IMG/VR virus record: IMGVR_UViG_3300012007_000016
Coordinates: 7,381 to 71,380 of that record
Reading direction: 5' to 3' (one strand)
Length of the DNA: 64,000 bases
DNA from: a virus
Taxonomy: Duplodnaviria > Caudoviricetes
In this document: positions 20,817-30,711 of the stretch, piece after piece
How the letters are laid out: each line of letters opens with the position of its first letter
Numbering within the stretch: the stretch's first letter is position 1
Notes under the pieces: model-generated
The model's input: the letters and a program-made list of their open reading frames with translations, nothing else
Databases searched by the model: none
Told to the model about the DNA's origin: nothing
Made by a program: the position numbers and the translations under genes

Positions 20817-21413
20817 ATGAGTAAGTTTTATTTTAGATTTTCACCTATGGAAGCTGGTAAGAGTGCCATGCTTTTAATTGAAGCATATAACTTTGAAAAA
20901 CGTAATATAAACATACTATGTATGAAGCCATCCGTTGACAATAGGGAGAGTATTGATAAGATTTCTTCGAGAATAGGCATAGAGAAAGAATGTTTTGTAA
21001 TATATCCAAATTATGATATTTATGCAATTGTCAAGAAGATAATTTCATTAAATGAATATAACAATAAATTACAATGGATTTTAGTTGATGAAAGCCAATT
21101 TTTAACAACCGAACAAGTAGAACAGTTTAGGGCAATAGTTGATGATTTTGATATTAATGTTATTTGTTATGGACTGAGGACAGATTTCCAAACACATTTG
21201 TTTGAAGGTTCAAAAAGATTACTTGAATTGGCTGATGATATTGATGAGTTAAAAATATCATGTTCTTGTGGTAGAAAAGCAATATTTAACGCAAGATTTA
21301 ATGAAAACGGTGAACTTGTTGTAAATGGAGAACAAATTCTTATTGGCGGAGAAGATAAATATAAACCAATGTGTAGCAAATGCTATAGGGAAGAACTAAA
21401 TAAGATGAAATAA
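20817..21413 (+). CDS. tdk: Thymidine kinase
   Basis: AGKS P-loop, DESQF, GLRTDF, CSC...CSKC zinc motif; ATG 20817. Confidence 0.92.
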   Translation: MSKFYFRFSPMEAGKSAMLLIEAYNFEKRNINILCMKPSVDNRESIDKISSRIGIEKECFVIYPNYDIYAIVKKIISLNEYNNKLQWILVDESQFLTTEQVEQFRAIVDDFDINVICYGLRTDFQTHLFEGSKRLLELADDIDELKISCSCGRKAIFNARFNENGELVVNGEQILIGGEDKYKPMCSKCYREELNKMK

Positions 21414-21433
21414 AAAATTAATGTTAAATAGAT

Positions 21434-22654
21434 ATGGCAAAACAAGCGATAAAAAAAGGAAGTGTTATAAAGAAGAGTGGTTTAGCCGCTTTTAAGGAAA
21501 AAATCGGTTTAAATTCAACAAGTGGTGTGGTAAATACTACTATTAGTAATGCCAATAAGACACAATCTTGGATTCTAATGCCAAAAGCGTTTCAAGAAGC
21601 AACGAAATTACCTGGTATTCCTGAATGTACTGTTGTATCAGTGATTGGACACTCAAATGTGGGTAAAACAACCTTGTTGAATCATGCAATTGTTTCAGCG
21701 CAAAGACAAGGATTAATACCGGTAATAATTGATACTGAAAATTCATTTTCATTTCAATATGCAAGGAATATGGGTTTTAAGGCAGAACCTATTTACGGTG
21801 ATGTTGAGGTTGAAGAGATAGATGTTGAAACAGGTGAAATAAAAACACATACAGAGAATCAATTAATACATTGGGATGGGGATTTTATCTATTATAATAA
21901 TAGATTGTTATGTGAACGTTTTGGCGATATTAATTACATAAAAGGTATAAAGACAAAAGAAAAAAGAAAAATTGCCGTTGTTGAAGATGTTGCAGCGTGT
22001 ATAAATGAATTGCTTGATGCACAAGATAGCGGTGAAATTGAACAAGGTTTTCTGTTTGTGTGGGATAGTATCGGTTCAATTGGAAGTTATAAAGAATATA
22101 ACAGTGAGGCAGGAACTGGTAAGATTGGAAATCCAATGTGGACTGCCGCTGCAATTAGTGCTGCATTTAATTTAATTGTTAATGATAGGATACCAAGTTC
22201 TAGAAAAGTTTCATCTAAATATAATAATACATTTTTATATGTAAATAAGGTATGGATGGATGCGATGACAAATCCTGTTGGTCCTGCTATAATGCAAACA
22301 AAGGGTGGTAAATCAATGAAATATGCCACACGTCTTGAAATATTATTAGGTGGACAGTTAACAAGTGGTATTAAACGTCTTACTGCTTCTTCAAAGGGAG
22401 TGAATTATAGTTACGGTATTGAAACTAAAATTAAAGTGCTTAAAAATCACCTTGATGCGCCACACAATGTTTGTTATGAAGGAAACATGATTGCTTCTGA
22501 TATGGGTTTCATTGCACCGGATGACCTTGATGTTTATAAGAAAGAACATATTGGAGATATTCTTAAAGAATTAAATAAACTTGCTGAAGGTAAATTTGAA
22601 ATCAATGCTTCTGATGTAGAATTTAATGAAACAGAAGATGAAATTGTTGAATGA
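21434..22654 (+). CDS. recA: RecA/UvsX-like recombinase
   Basis: Walker A GHSNVGKT, IDTE, WDSIGS, VNKVW, TKGG motifs. Confidence 0.85.
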   Translation: MAKQAIKKGSVIKKSGLAAFKEKIGLNSTSGVVNTTISNANKTQSWILMPKAFQEATKLPGIPECTVVSVIGHSNVGKTTLLNHAIVSAQRQGLIPVIIDTENSFSFQYARNMGFKAEPIYGDVEVEEIDVETGEIKTHTENQLIHWDGDFIYYNNRLLCERFGDINYIKGIKTKEKRKIAVVEDVAACINELLDAQDSGEIEQGFLFVWDSIGSIGSYKEYNSEAGTGKIGNPMWTAAAISAAFNLIVNDRIPSSRKVSSKYNNTFLYVNKVWMDAMTNPVGPAIMQTKGGKSMKYATRLEILLGGQLTSGIKRLTASSKGVNYSYGIETKIKVLKNHLDAPHNVCYEGNMIASDMGFIAPDDLDVYKKEHIGDILKELNKLAEGKFEINASDVEFNETEDEIVE

Positions 22655-22657
22655 TTT

Positions 22658-22689
22658 TTTGGTTTAATAAAAACTTTGTATTATATTTG
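22658..22689 (+). promoter_or_regulatory. Bacteroidota-type sigma promoter
   Basis: TTTG 22658-22661, 20-nt spacer, TATATTTG 22682-22689. Confidence 0.7.
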
Positions 22690-22721
22690 CAAGCACAAAC
22701 ATAAAATTATAAATGAATAGT

Positions 22722-23351
22722 ATGAAGAAAATTTTGATTTTTAGTCTATTGACATTTTTAGTAAGTGGAATGATTAGTTGTTCTTCTTGCAATAAAAATA
22801 AGGAGAAGGAAAACACTGAGGTTGTTACTGACTTAAATGTTGAAAATTGTATCTCTGCCGATAGAGAGAAAATGTTTTTGACGCATGGTAAGGATTATCG
22901 GTGGTTTGAAACGTGTATGAGATTGAAGAGTTATCTTGATGAAGATAATGATGGTACTTTGGAGGAACTTGTAAACATATTCCAAGTTATTATTGACAGT
23001 GAAAGCGGATATGATACAAAAGTTTATAAATTTCAACATTTTAGTGATGGAGTGATTGCTCAAGATTCAACTATTGGTTTTTGGGTAGAGGACTCCCCTC
23101 TTGAAACTGAGGCAATTAAAATTACTTACAAAGAGGCTTTTGATAAGTTAATGACAACTAATCTCCCAAAGCCACACTCACGTTATTGTACACTTCGTAA
23201 ACAGATTGGTCCAAAACCATGTAATGCACAATATGTATTTGGAAATACCAAATCACAAATCTATGTAGATGCTGTTAATGGTAACGTTAGTGATAAAAAT
23301 CCTGCATTTGAGGGTGGTGGTTTCAAAATGCCACTTGGAGAATGGCCTTAA
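22722..23351 (+). CDS. Predicted lipoprotein with PepSY-like C-terminus
   Basis: MKKILIFSLLTFLVSGMISC signal II-like peptide; C-terminal YVF...IYVDAVNGNV pattern. Confidence 0.65.
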   Translation: MKKILIFSLLTFLVSGMISCSSCNKNKEKENTEVVTDLNVENCISADREKMFLTHGKDYRWFETCMRLKSYLDEDNDGTLEELVNIFQVIIDSESGYDTKVYKFQHFSDGVIAQDSTIGFWVEDSPLETEAIKITYKEAFDKLMTTNLPKPHSRYCTLRKQIGPKPCNAQYVFGNTKSQIYVDAVNGNVSDKNPAFEGGGFKMPLGEWP

Positions 23352-23374
23352 TTTGATTTTAGTATAACATATTG

Positions 23375-23496
23375 AAAAGTTCGCCAAGTAAGACCTAACT
23401 TACTAAGAACCTTGGATGACCTACCAGGAGAAAATAACGGGTGAAGTTTGACGGGTAATGCTGTGAACATTAGTCGGGGAGGCAAGGTGAACTTTT
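23375..23496 (+). ncRNA. Candidate structured non-coding RNA of unknown class
   Basis: Intergenic; 53/122 G+C versus very AT-rich flanks; 11-bp terminal stem AAAAGTTCGCC/GGTGAACTTTT; internal hairpins AGTAAG/CTTACT and TAATG/CATTA. Strand assumed from G-U pairs and trailing U-run. Confidence 0.5.
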
Positions 23497-23544
23497 TTAT
23501 TTTATTAAATAATATAAAAGTATATAGTTAAAAGAAAGGGAAAT

Positions 23545-23862
23545 ATGAAAGTAAAACTAATTAATGTTGCAGAGTATAATATTAAAGAAGACAAAGTAAG
23601 TGAAGTACCGTTTGAAACTTTTGTTAATCTTTGTGGTGGTGTTGGGACAGGTAAAACAGAAGATTTGCCAAAAGTACGTTTATTTAAGACGATGGGAGAG
23701 TTTATAAATCTTTCAACAACAGAAATGGAGGAAATAGACCAAAACGAGAGTATTAGACTACTTCAAAATGGTCAGTTTCTTGTGTTTCTTAAAGGATGGA
23801 ATAAAAAAGAGGATATTACCACAACTGAGACAAATGCCACAACCAATACCGAAGAGAATTAA
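23545..23862 (+). CDS. Hypothetical protein
   Basis: 105-aa ORF overlapping the start of the exonuclease gene. Confidence 0.55.
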   Translation: MKVKLINVAEYNIKEDKVSEVPFETFVNLCGGVGTGKTEDLPKVRLFKTMGEFINLSTTEMEEIDQNESIRLLQNGQFLVFLKGWNKKEDITTTETNATTNTEEN

Positions 23863-24997
23863 AGAGAATAAACCAGAGTTGTGTAAAAAAAGTTTTAATA
23901 CACTTCTTATAGATGGTTCTAATATATTAGAATTATCCTCGCTTGGTGATAATACGGTATCAAGTGATGGTAAACCAATAGGTGGTGTTTTTCAGTTTTT
24001 TTTACAATTAAAACTTCTGCTTCAAAAAGGAAATTTTCGTTATGTTTATGTATTTTGGGATGGTAAAAACAGTGGTCAATTAAGATATAATCTTAATCGA
24101 GATTATAAAGCAAACCGTGACAAAGATTTTGAAGAAGAAGGTCTTTCTGATTATATGAAAGAAGTTAATAAGAGGATTGGTTATATGTATGACCGATTTA
24201 TAAAAAAGGAAGACCCTGTTAAACTTCAAGAAAAACAAAAGCATAAAGAAATTTTTTATTGGCAAAGGGATATAATAATGCAAATGTTGGAAGAACTATT
24301 TGTCAGACAGTGCGTTTGTGATGAAACAGAAGCGGATGATTTTATAGGATACTATGTATCACATAAAAAACCAAATGAAAAGATAGTAATTGTTTCTAAT
24401 GACAGAGATTTAACCCAACTTATTGCTGACGATGTTATTGTTTATGTACAATCATTGAAAGCGTTTGTTAATACAAAGAATCACACAGATATTATGGGTT
24501 ACAATTATCAGAATGTTGTGCTTAAAAAGATGATATGTGGTGATAGTTCTGATAATATTAAAGGTATTAAAGGAGTAGGTGAGAAAACACTATTAACTAA
24601 TTTTGATGAAATCAAAAAAAGAAAGGTTACTTTGGAAGAGGTAATAGAAAAAGCAAAATCTATCAATGAGGAAAGGGTAAAAAATAAGAAAAAACCATTA
24701 AAATGGGCTGACAATATTGTAAATAGAGTAACAGATGGTTGTCAAGGTGAAAAAATATATGAAATCAATGAAAAAATCATAGATTTAAAAAAACCTTTAA
24801 TGTCAACGGAAGCAAAAGATTTGTTGGAAAGTATAATGTATGCACCGATTGACCCCACTGATAGAAATATGGAGAATTTATATAATATTATAATTGAATA
24901 TAATATTGATAAATTGAAAGACCCAACGACTTTTGGTAATTTCTTTTTGGAATTTATGTACTTAATAGATAAAGAGAAGAAAAATTTAGCTGTTTAA
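23834..24997 (+). CDS. 5'-3' exonuclease / flap endonuclease (T4 RNase H / PolI N-terminal-like)
   Basis: LLIDGSN, WDG, YKANR, EADD, SNDRDLTQL, GDSSDNIKGIKGVGEKT; ATG 23834 preferred. Confidence 0.9.
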   Translation: MPQPIPKRIKENKPELCKKSFNTLLIDGSNILELSSLGDNTVSSDGKPIGGVFQFFLQLKLLLQKGNFRYVYVFWDGKNSGQLRYNLNRDYKANRDKDFEEEGLSDYMKEVNKRIGYMYDRFIKKEDPVKLQEKQKHKEIFYWQRDIIMQMLEELFVRQCVCDETEADDFIGYYVSHKKPNEKIVIVSNDRDLTQLIADDVIVYVQSLKAFVNTKNHTDIMGYNYQNVVLKKMICGDSSDNIKGIKGVGEKTLLTNFDEIKKRKVTLEEVIEKAKSINEERVKNKKKPLKWADNIVNRVTDGCQGEKIYEINEKIIDLKKPLMSTEAKDLLESIMYAPIDPTDRNMENLYNIIIEYNIDKLKDPTTFGNFFLEFMYLIDKEKKNLAV

Positions 24998-24998
24998 A

Positions 24999-25030
24999 TT
25001 TGGAAATTAAAGAAAAATGAAGTATATTTG
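24999..25030 (+). promoter_or_regulatory. Bacteroidota-type sigma promoter
   Basis: TTTG 24999-25002, 20-nt spacer, TATATTTG 25023-25030. Confidence 0.7.
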
Positions 25031-25084
25031 CAAATACAAATGAGTTATGATTTAGTTTATGTTTAATTTTTAAAATTAGAATTA

Positions 25085-26053
25085 ATGGAAGATAAAATTA
25101 AGAAAGAAAGTAAATTTGTTGACAATGTAGCATATAAGAGTAAATTCCAATTTCTTATATGGGTAAATGATAACGTAATTTGTCAACGTTATTTTAAAAT
25201 TAATGGGTTTAATGAAGAATCTGTCTATACAGAAGAGTTTAGTAATTGTATGAATGGTATTGTGGAATCAATACAAAAGGATTTGGAAAGTAAGAGCCGT
25301 ATTTTCATATGGTACACCAATACTAAAGAACCAATGAAGTTGCAAGGTTTTATACGTAATGATGAAGTTGAAAAATATGGACGTGAATTTTTGTCAATTC
25401 TAACCGATAGTAGTATAAGGGGTAAAATTGAAGCACCTGATGGTAAGATATACAATAAGGAATATATCAATTATAATGAAAATGTAACTAATGATTATGG
25501 TGAATTGGAAAGGCCGAATGATGGTGAATTTATTTTCAAGTTTTCATTCTTGATTGATGACAATACAGTTTTTGAGAAAATTTGGGATGGAAATGTTTAT
25601 CCTAAATTTGTTAGAAATGGTGTAGATTTAACAAATAATTATGCACAATATGATAATAAAGACACGTCTTCATTAAGTTTCAGTGCTGCTATTATCCGTT
25701 ATATGCAGAATGGCAAAACTAATCTTATCAGTGATTTTATACGTAGAATTTGTGAAACATTAAGTAATAGTTTTAGTGAAAAATATACTTACACAAAACA
25801 AATGGAATACAATAACAATGAAGTTATTGATGATGACAGACGTAAGGCAGCAATTGCATATTATGGGGTTATTAAACCAGTTGTAACTGGACATACTGAT
25901 ATTAAAGCTGAGAATAAGAAGTACAATTTTCTTTCTTCTATTGAAGACTACAAGCAATCATGGAAAAAGTCTGTAAGAAAAAAGACACAGGATTATTTTG
26001 ATAATATTTATCCTTCAAACAGACAGATTGAGTATATTGAGAAGTACCTTTAA
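25085..26053 (+). CDS. Hypothetical protein in the replication block
   Basis: 322-aa ORF between exonuclease and helicase genes. Confidence 0.65.
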   Translation: MEDKIKKESKFVDNVAYKSKFQFLIWVNDNVICQRYFKINGFNEESVYTEEFSNCMNGIVESIQKDLESKSRIFIWYTNTKEPMKLQGFIRNDEVEKYGREFLSILTDSSIRGKIEAPDGKIYNKEYINYNENVTNDYGELERPNDGEFIFKFSFLIDDNTVFEKIWDGNVYPKFVRNGVDLTNNYAQYDNKDTSSLSFSAAIIRYMQNGKTNLISDFIRRICETLSNSFSEKYTYTKQMEYNNNEVIDDDRRKAAIAYYGVIKPVVTGHTDIKAENKKYNFLSSIEDYKQSWKKSVRKKTQDYFDNIYPSNRQIEYIEKYL

Positions 26054-26062
26054 ACTCAGTTA

Positions 26063-26098
26063 ATGCCGTTTGAGTAAGTTCTTGAACGGCATATTTTA
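26063..26098 (+). terminator. Probable terminator hairpin
   Basis: ATGCCGTTTGAG-TAAGTT-CTTGAACGGCAT followed by ATTTT. Confidence 0.55.
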
Positions 26099-26140
26099 TA
26101 TCCAATAACATAAAAGTAAAAATACGATGTAAAGTAAAAT

Positions 26141-27592
26141 ATGAGTAGAACTAATAGTATAAAAACTGATATGGGCTATCTTGGCGAAAATTATCAGTAT
26201 CTTCTTGTAAAATATTTTATAGAAAACCCAAAATTCTTCATTGGTTTAGTATCAATTATAGACCAAAATATGTTTACTGAGGAACATCTTAGAAGAATTG
26301 TCGGCATGATGAAGGATAGATATACAAAAAATGGTTTATGCCCAAATTATTATGATATTGAATTACTTATTCGAACAACTGTTACAGATAAGATAACGGT
26401 TGACTTAATGATTGAAAAATTGAATGTCTTAAAATCCAAACAATTTGATATTGACATTGATTTGCTGACTTCTAATGCTGAAAAGTTTTTTAAACAACAG
26501 AATCTTGCAAAGGCAATTAATAAATGCACTGAAATATTAAAAAGAGGCAATGCTGACAATTATTTCAACATGGAAGAGTTGATTAAAAAAGCATTGGATG
26601 TAAATATGACAACCAATTTAGGTTTTAGGTTGTTTGATACACTTGAAGACGATTTGAAAGAAGATTATAGATGTGCAATCCCAACAGGTGCTGATAAACT
26701 TGATGAGAGTTTATATGGTGGTCTTGGAAAGGGTGAACTTGGTATTATAGTGAGTCCTATGGGTGTTGGAAAAACATCTTGTACAACAGGTTTTTGTGCT
26801 AATGCGGCCACCACGAAAACAAGGGATAATAATGGCATGGGTTATAAGGTACTGCATTTTTTCTTTGAGGACACTGAAGTAGCAATTAGAAGAAAATACT
26901 ATGGATATGTAACGAATATTGATGCATGCGATTTGTCTGACCCAATTAACAGACCAAGAGCATTGGAAATTTTGAAAGACAATAACAATGAGTTGAGAAA
27001 TATGTTGGCTCAGAATGTTATTTGTCAGCGTTTAACGACAGGAGAATATTCTGCAAGCGATATTAAATACCTTATACAACAATATATCAGTAAAGGTTTT
27101 ATTCCTGATTTAATTGTAGTTGATTATTTTGAATGTTTAAAATCTGAAAAAAATATTGATGGTAATACTGACACAGAATGGACACGTGAGGGTATTACTA
27201 TGCGTAAATTGGAGAGTATTGCCAAAGAATTTAATGCGGCTTTATGGGTTCCGGTACAGAGTACAAAAGATGCTATTAATCAAGAATATGTTAGTATGTC
27301 ACAAGCTGGTGGCTCTGTTAAAAAGACACAAATTGGACATGTGGTTTTACAGTTGGCACAAACGCAACAGCAGAAAGAAGACGGAAAACTTAGTGTCTAT
27401 ATCGGAAAATTACGTGCAGTAAAAATAGGTAGAACATCTTTCCCTAATATAAGATTTAATAATGGTACTTGTAAGTTTGATATGTCAGACTTGGATTCAA
27501 TTGATAATGAGGCAATAAACACCTCTGATAATAAAAACGTTAATAGTTCTATCTATCAAAATGCAAGGGAAATCGCCAAAAAGACAAAATAA
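26141..27592 (+). CDS. dnaB: DnaB/gp41-like replicative helicase
   Basis: GLGKGELGIIVSPMGVGKTS Walker A, VVDYFE Walker B, WVPVQ, KKTQIGHVV. Confidence 0.88.
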   Translation: MSRTNSIKTDMGYLGENYQYLLVKYFIENPKFFIGLVSIIDQNMFTEEHLRRIVGMMKDRYTKNGLCPNYYDIELLIRTTVTDKITVDLMIEKLNVLKSKQFDIDIDLLTSNAEKFFKQQNLAKAINKCTEILKRGNADNYFNMEELIKKALDVNMTTNLGFRLFDTLEDDLKEDYRCAIPTGADKLDESLYGGLGKGELGIIVSPMGVGKTSCTTGFCANAATTKTRDNNGMGYKVLHFFFEDTEVAIRRKYYGYVTNIDACDLSDPINRPRALEILKDNNNELRNMLAQNVICQRLTTGEYSASDIKYLIQQYISKGFIPDLIVVDYFECLKSEKNIDGNTDTEWTREGITMRKLESIAKEFNAALWVPVQSTKDAINQEYVSMSQAGGSVKKTQIGHVVLQLAQTQQQKEDGKLSVYIGKLRAVKIGRTSFPNIRFNNGTCKFDMSDLDSIDNEAINTSDNKNVNSSIYQNAREIAKKTK

Positions 27593-27760
27593 ATGGTTAT
27601 TAAATAGTATATTATAGTGGTTTTTTTACTAAAAATAAAATAAAAAAATTTTCCCCTTTATTTACAATAGTTTACAGATTTTTGGGTAAAAAAATGAAGT
27701 AATTTTGAAATTTGAGGACTACATATAATATACTAATAATAAAATAAAGTCAATATAAAT

Positions 27761-29956
27761 ATGAATGTAAGAAAAACAGATGGTTCTTTTCAGGAATTTG
27801 ATTCTGAAAAAATAAAACATGGTATTTGTGAAGCTTTTGCCTCTGTTGGTGAAGTATGTAATAATGGCTTAATTGAAGCATTGATTAAAAATCTTTTTAT
27901 TTATGAAAAGATTAGTTCACAAGAAATAAGAAGACAGGTTGAAGAATCTTTAATGTCAATTAATAAAAAAGTTGCAAAATCATATATTCAGAAATATGAT
28001 GAACTTAGGAATAATGACAAAATATTAAAAAAAGACGATGATTTTGTAAAACAGTATATTAGTGCATCCAACGCTTCAAGCGGTTCAAAATATGATGCTA
28101 ATGCCAATGTGGAAAATAAAAATATTGTTACATTAGGGCAGGAGTTGCATAAGGGTAAGAATATTCAGCAAAATAGATATATAATGCATAATAAAATTAA
28201 ATCATTATATACTAAGAAATTAGCAGACCAATATATTAAAGACCTTGAAAGCCATGTTCTTTATAAACACGATGAAAGTGGTACTCCTGGTTATCCGTAC
28301 TGTGTTGCAATAACAATGTATCCGTTTCTTGTGGATGGCTTACAAAAGTTAGGGGGACAAAGTGTTGCTCCAACTGATTTAAAATCATTCTGTGGTGAAT
28401 TTATTAATCTTGTGTATTCGGTTTCTTCACAATTTATGGGTGCTGTTGCAACTCCGGAGTTCTTGATGTATATGGATTATTTTATTCGTAAAGATTATGG
28501 TGATGATTATTTAACAATATTAGACAAACAAGTAGAGTTAAACAGGAAAGGAAGAACATTGGAACAAGTTATAGAGAATTGTTTCCAACAAGTTGTACAT
28601 TCAATGAATATGCCAGCTGGTAATCGTGGTTATCAGACCGTTTTTTGGAATGTTGGGTATTTTGATAAGAACTATTTCGATGGTGTTTTTGGTGATTTTA
28701 AATTTCCCGATGGTACAGCACCAAAGTGGGAAACTTTATCTTGGTTACAGAAGAAATTTATGAAATGGTTTAATAAAGAAAGAACAAAATATATTCTTAC
28801 ATTTCCAGTTGAAACAATGGCAATGCTTACTGATGGACATGACATTGTTGATAAAGAATATGCTGATTTTACAGCAGAAATGTGGGCAGAGGGACATTCA
28901 TTTTTCTGTTATCTCAGTGATTCACCAGATTCATTGAGTAGTTGTTGTAGGCTAAGAAATTCATTAAAAGACGTAGAAGATGAAGAACATAATCACACAA
29001 CTCATCAATTCTCAATGGGTACAGCCTCCGTTGCCACAGGCTCAAAGAGTGTTATGACAATTAACCTTAATAGAGTTATTCAGAATGCAACGAGAAAATT
29101 CCTTAAAGATAAAGAAAATTATGAACTTGAAGACGGTAAACAATATTTTGTCTCAAACATCGGGAAACATAAGACAGAACTATATGAATACATTTCAAAC
29201 GCTATAACTGAAATCACTGAAAGGGTACATAAATATCAGAGGGCGTTTAATGAAATAATTAAGGATTTCTATAATGCGCACATGTTGGATGTTTATAGTG
29301 CTGGTTTTATTTCACTTAAAAAACAATATCTTACTGTTGGTGTTAATGGTTTGACGGATGCTGCCGAGTTCCTTGGAATTGAACCGAATTTGAATGATGA
29401 ATATGAAGAATTTGTAAATCTTATCCTTGAAACAATTAATAAATCAAACAAGAAAGATAAAACAAGGGATTGTATGTACAATACAGAGTTTGTTCCGGGT
29501 GAAAATCTTTCAAACAAAAACTATAATTGGGACAAGAAGGACGGATATTATGTTTCACCAAAGCATATTATGTACAGCAGTTATTTCTTCAATCCTGAAG
29601 ATGTAAATTTGTCACTTTTGGATAAGATGAAACTACACGGAAATAGATTTGTTAAGTATTTGGATGGTGGTCAAGCAGCTCACCTTAACATTAATGAACA
29701 TTTATCATTTGAACAATATAGACAATTGTTAAAAGTTGCTTCTGAATATGGGTGTAGTTATTACACTTTTAATTGTAAGAATTCAGTATGTAATGACTGT
29801 GGTCATATCAGTAAAGATACTCTTGATACTTGTCCTAAGTGTGGAAGTCATAATATAGATTATCTGACACGTATAATTGGTTATCTTAAACGTGTTTCAT
29901 CATTTGCAGAAGCACGTCAAACAGAAGAAAAAATGAGATATTATAATAATAATTAA
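27761..29956 (+). CDS. nrdD: Anaerobic (class III) ribonucleoside-triphosphate reductase with N-terminal ATP cone
   Basis: VRKTDG ATP cone, SSCCRL active-site loop, CNDC...CPKC zinc site, TRIIGY glycyl-radical motif. Confidence 0.95.
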   Translation: MNVRKTDGSFQEFDSEKIKHGICEAFASVGEVCNNGLIEALIKNLFIYEKISSQEIRRQVEESLMSINKKVAKSYIQKYDELRNNDKILKKDDDFVKQYISASNASSGSKYDANANVENKNIVTLGQELHKGKNIQQNRYIMHNKIKSLYTKKLADQYIKDLESHVLYKHDESGTPGYPYCVAITMYPFLVDGLQKLGGQSVAPTDLKSFCGEFINLVYSVSSQFMGAVATPEFLMYMDYFIRKDYGDDYLTILDKQVELNRKGRTLEQVIENCFQQVVHSMNMPAGNRGYQTVFWNVGYFDKNYFDGVFGDFKFPDGTAPKWETLSWLQKKFMKWFNKERTKYILTFPVETMAMLTDGHDIVDKEYADFTAEMWAEGHSFFCYLSDSPDSLSSCCRLRNSLKDVEDEEHNHTTHQFSMGTASVATGSKSVMTINLNRVIQNATRKFLKDKENYELEDGKQYFVSNIGKHKTELYEYISNAITEITERVHKYQRAFNEIIKDFYNAHMLDVYSAGFISLKKQYLTVGVNGLTDAAEFLGIEPNLNDEYEEFVNLILETINKSNKKDKTRDCMYNTEFVPGENLSNKNYNWDKKDGYYVSPKHIMYSSYFFNPEDVNLSLLDKMKLHGNRFVKYLDGGQAAHLNINEHLSFEQYRQLLKVASEYGCSYYTFNCKNSVCNDCGHISKDTLDTCPKCGSHNIDYLTRIIGYLKRVSSFAEARQTEEKMRYYNNN

Positions 29957-29967
29957 AAACAAACATT

Positions 29968-30228
29968 ATGAATTATAAAGTATTAAAGTTTGGTGCAGAT
30001 TGGTGTGGACCTTGTAAGGTTTTAAATAAAAAATTGGAAGACTTTACTGATTGTGAAGTTGTTAAATATAATGTTGACGAGGTTGAAGACGATTTATTAC
30101 AAAAATATCAAATAAGAAATATACCTGTTACAATATTAGTTGATAAAAATGAAAATGAAATACAAAGATGGATTGGTGTTTTCAACGTGGATGAAATAAG
30201 TGATAAAATTAGGGATATAAATGGTTAA
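29968..30228 (+). CDS. trxA: Thioredoxin
   Basis: WCGPC active site, IRNIPVT cis-Pro motif; 86 aa. Confidence 0.85.
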   Translation: MNYKVLKFGADWCGPCKVLNKKLEDFTDCEVVKYNVDEVEDDLLQKYQIRNIPVTILVDKNENEIQRWIGVFNVDEISDKIRDING

Positions 30229-30706
30229 ATATTATAATGCAATGGTAGTCTTTGAGGAAATACCCGATGAGATTACCCTTGCAATTAACATAACAAATTG
30301 TCCGTGTCATTGTGTTGGTTGTCATTCCAAATTTCTATGGGAAGATGTTGGCACAGAACTGACATTTGAAGAGTTAGAACGATTGATAAAGGAAAATGAC
30401 GGAATCACTTGTGTTTCTTTTATGGGCGGTGATGCAAATCCGAAAGAAATAAATGATTTGGCTACATATATTAGTGCCAAAAATATGTGTGGCTATAAGT
30501 CTTTAAAGATTGGTTGGTATAGCGGAAAGGATGAGTTATCAGAAGATATTGATATAAGTTTATTCAATTATATTAAACTTGGCCGTTATGACGAGAAATT
30601 AGGTGGTTTGAATAAAGAAACAACGAATCAGAAAATGTACGAAGTGTTTGTAAATGAAAATAAAGAGTTTGATTTAAGGGATATAACAAGTAAATTTTGG
30701 AAGTAA
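30221..30706 (+). CDS. nrdG: Class III RNR activating enzyme (radical SAM)
   Basis: CPCHCVGCHS CxxxCxxC, FMGGD, YIKLGRY...TTNQ. Confidence 0.92.
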   Translation: MVKYYNAMVVFEEIPDEITLAINITNCPCHCVGCHSKFLWEDVGTELTFEELERLIKENDGITCVSFMGGDANPKEINDLATYISAKNMCGYKSLKIGWYSGKDELSEDIDISLFNYIKLGRYDEKLGGLNKETTNQKMYEVFVNENKEFDLRDITSKFWK

Positions 30707-30711
30707 ATAAT

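Noticed and set aside
23425-23482. Partial resemblance to a TPP riboswitch (GAGAAAATAAC...TGACGGGTAATGC)
   Set aside because: The CUGAGA motif and P2/P4 pairing are absent and the downstream gene is unrelated to thiamine; kept only as an unclassified RNA candidate.
27681-27707. Possible Bacteroidota promoter (TAATTTTG) or NrdR box upstream of nrdD
   Set aside because: The spacer to the nearest TTTG is 15 nt rather than 19-21, and there is no convincing NrdR palindrome.
21434-29956. Inteins or self-splicing introns in recA, dnaB or nrdD
   Set aside because: ORFs are continuous and of normal length; no intein terminal motifs or homing-endonuclease inserts were seen.
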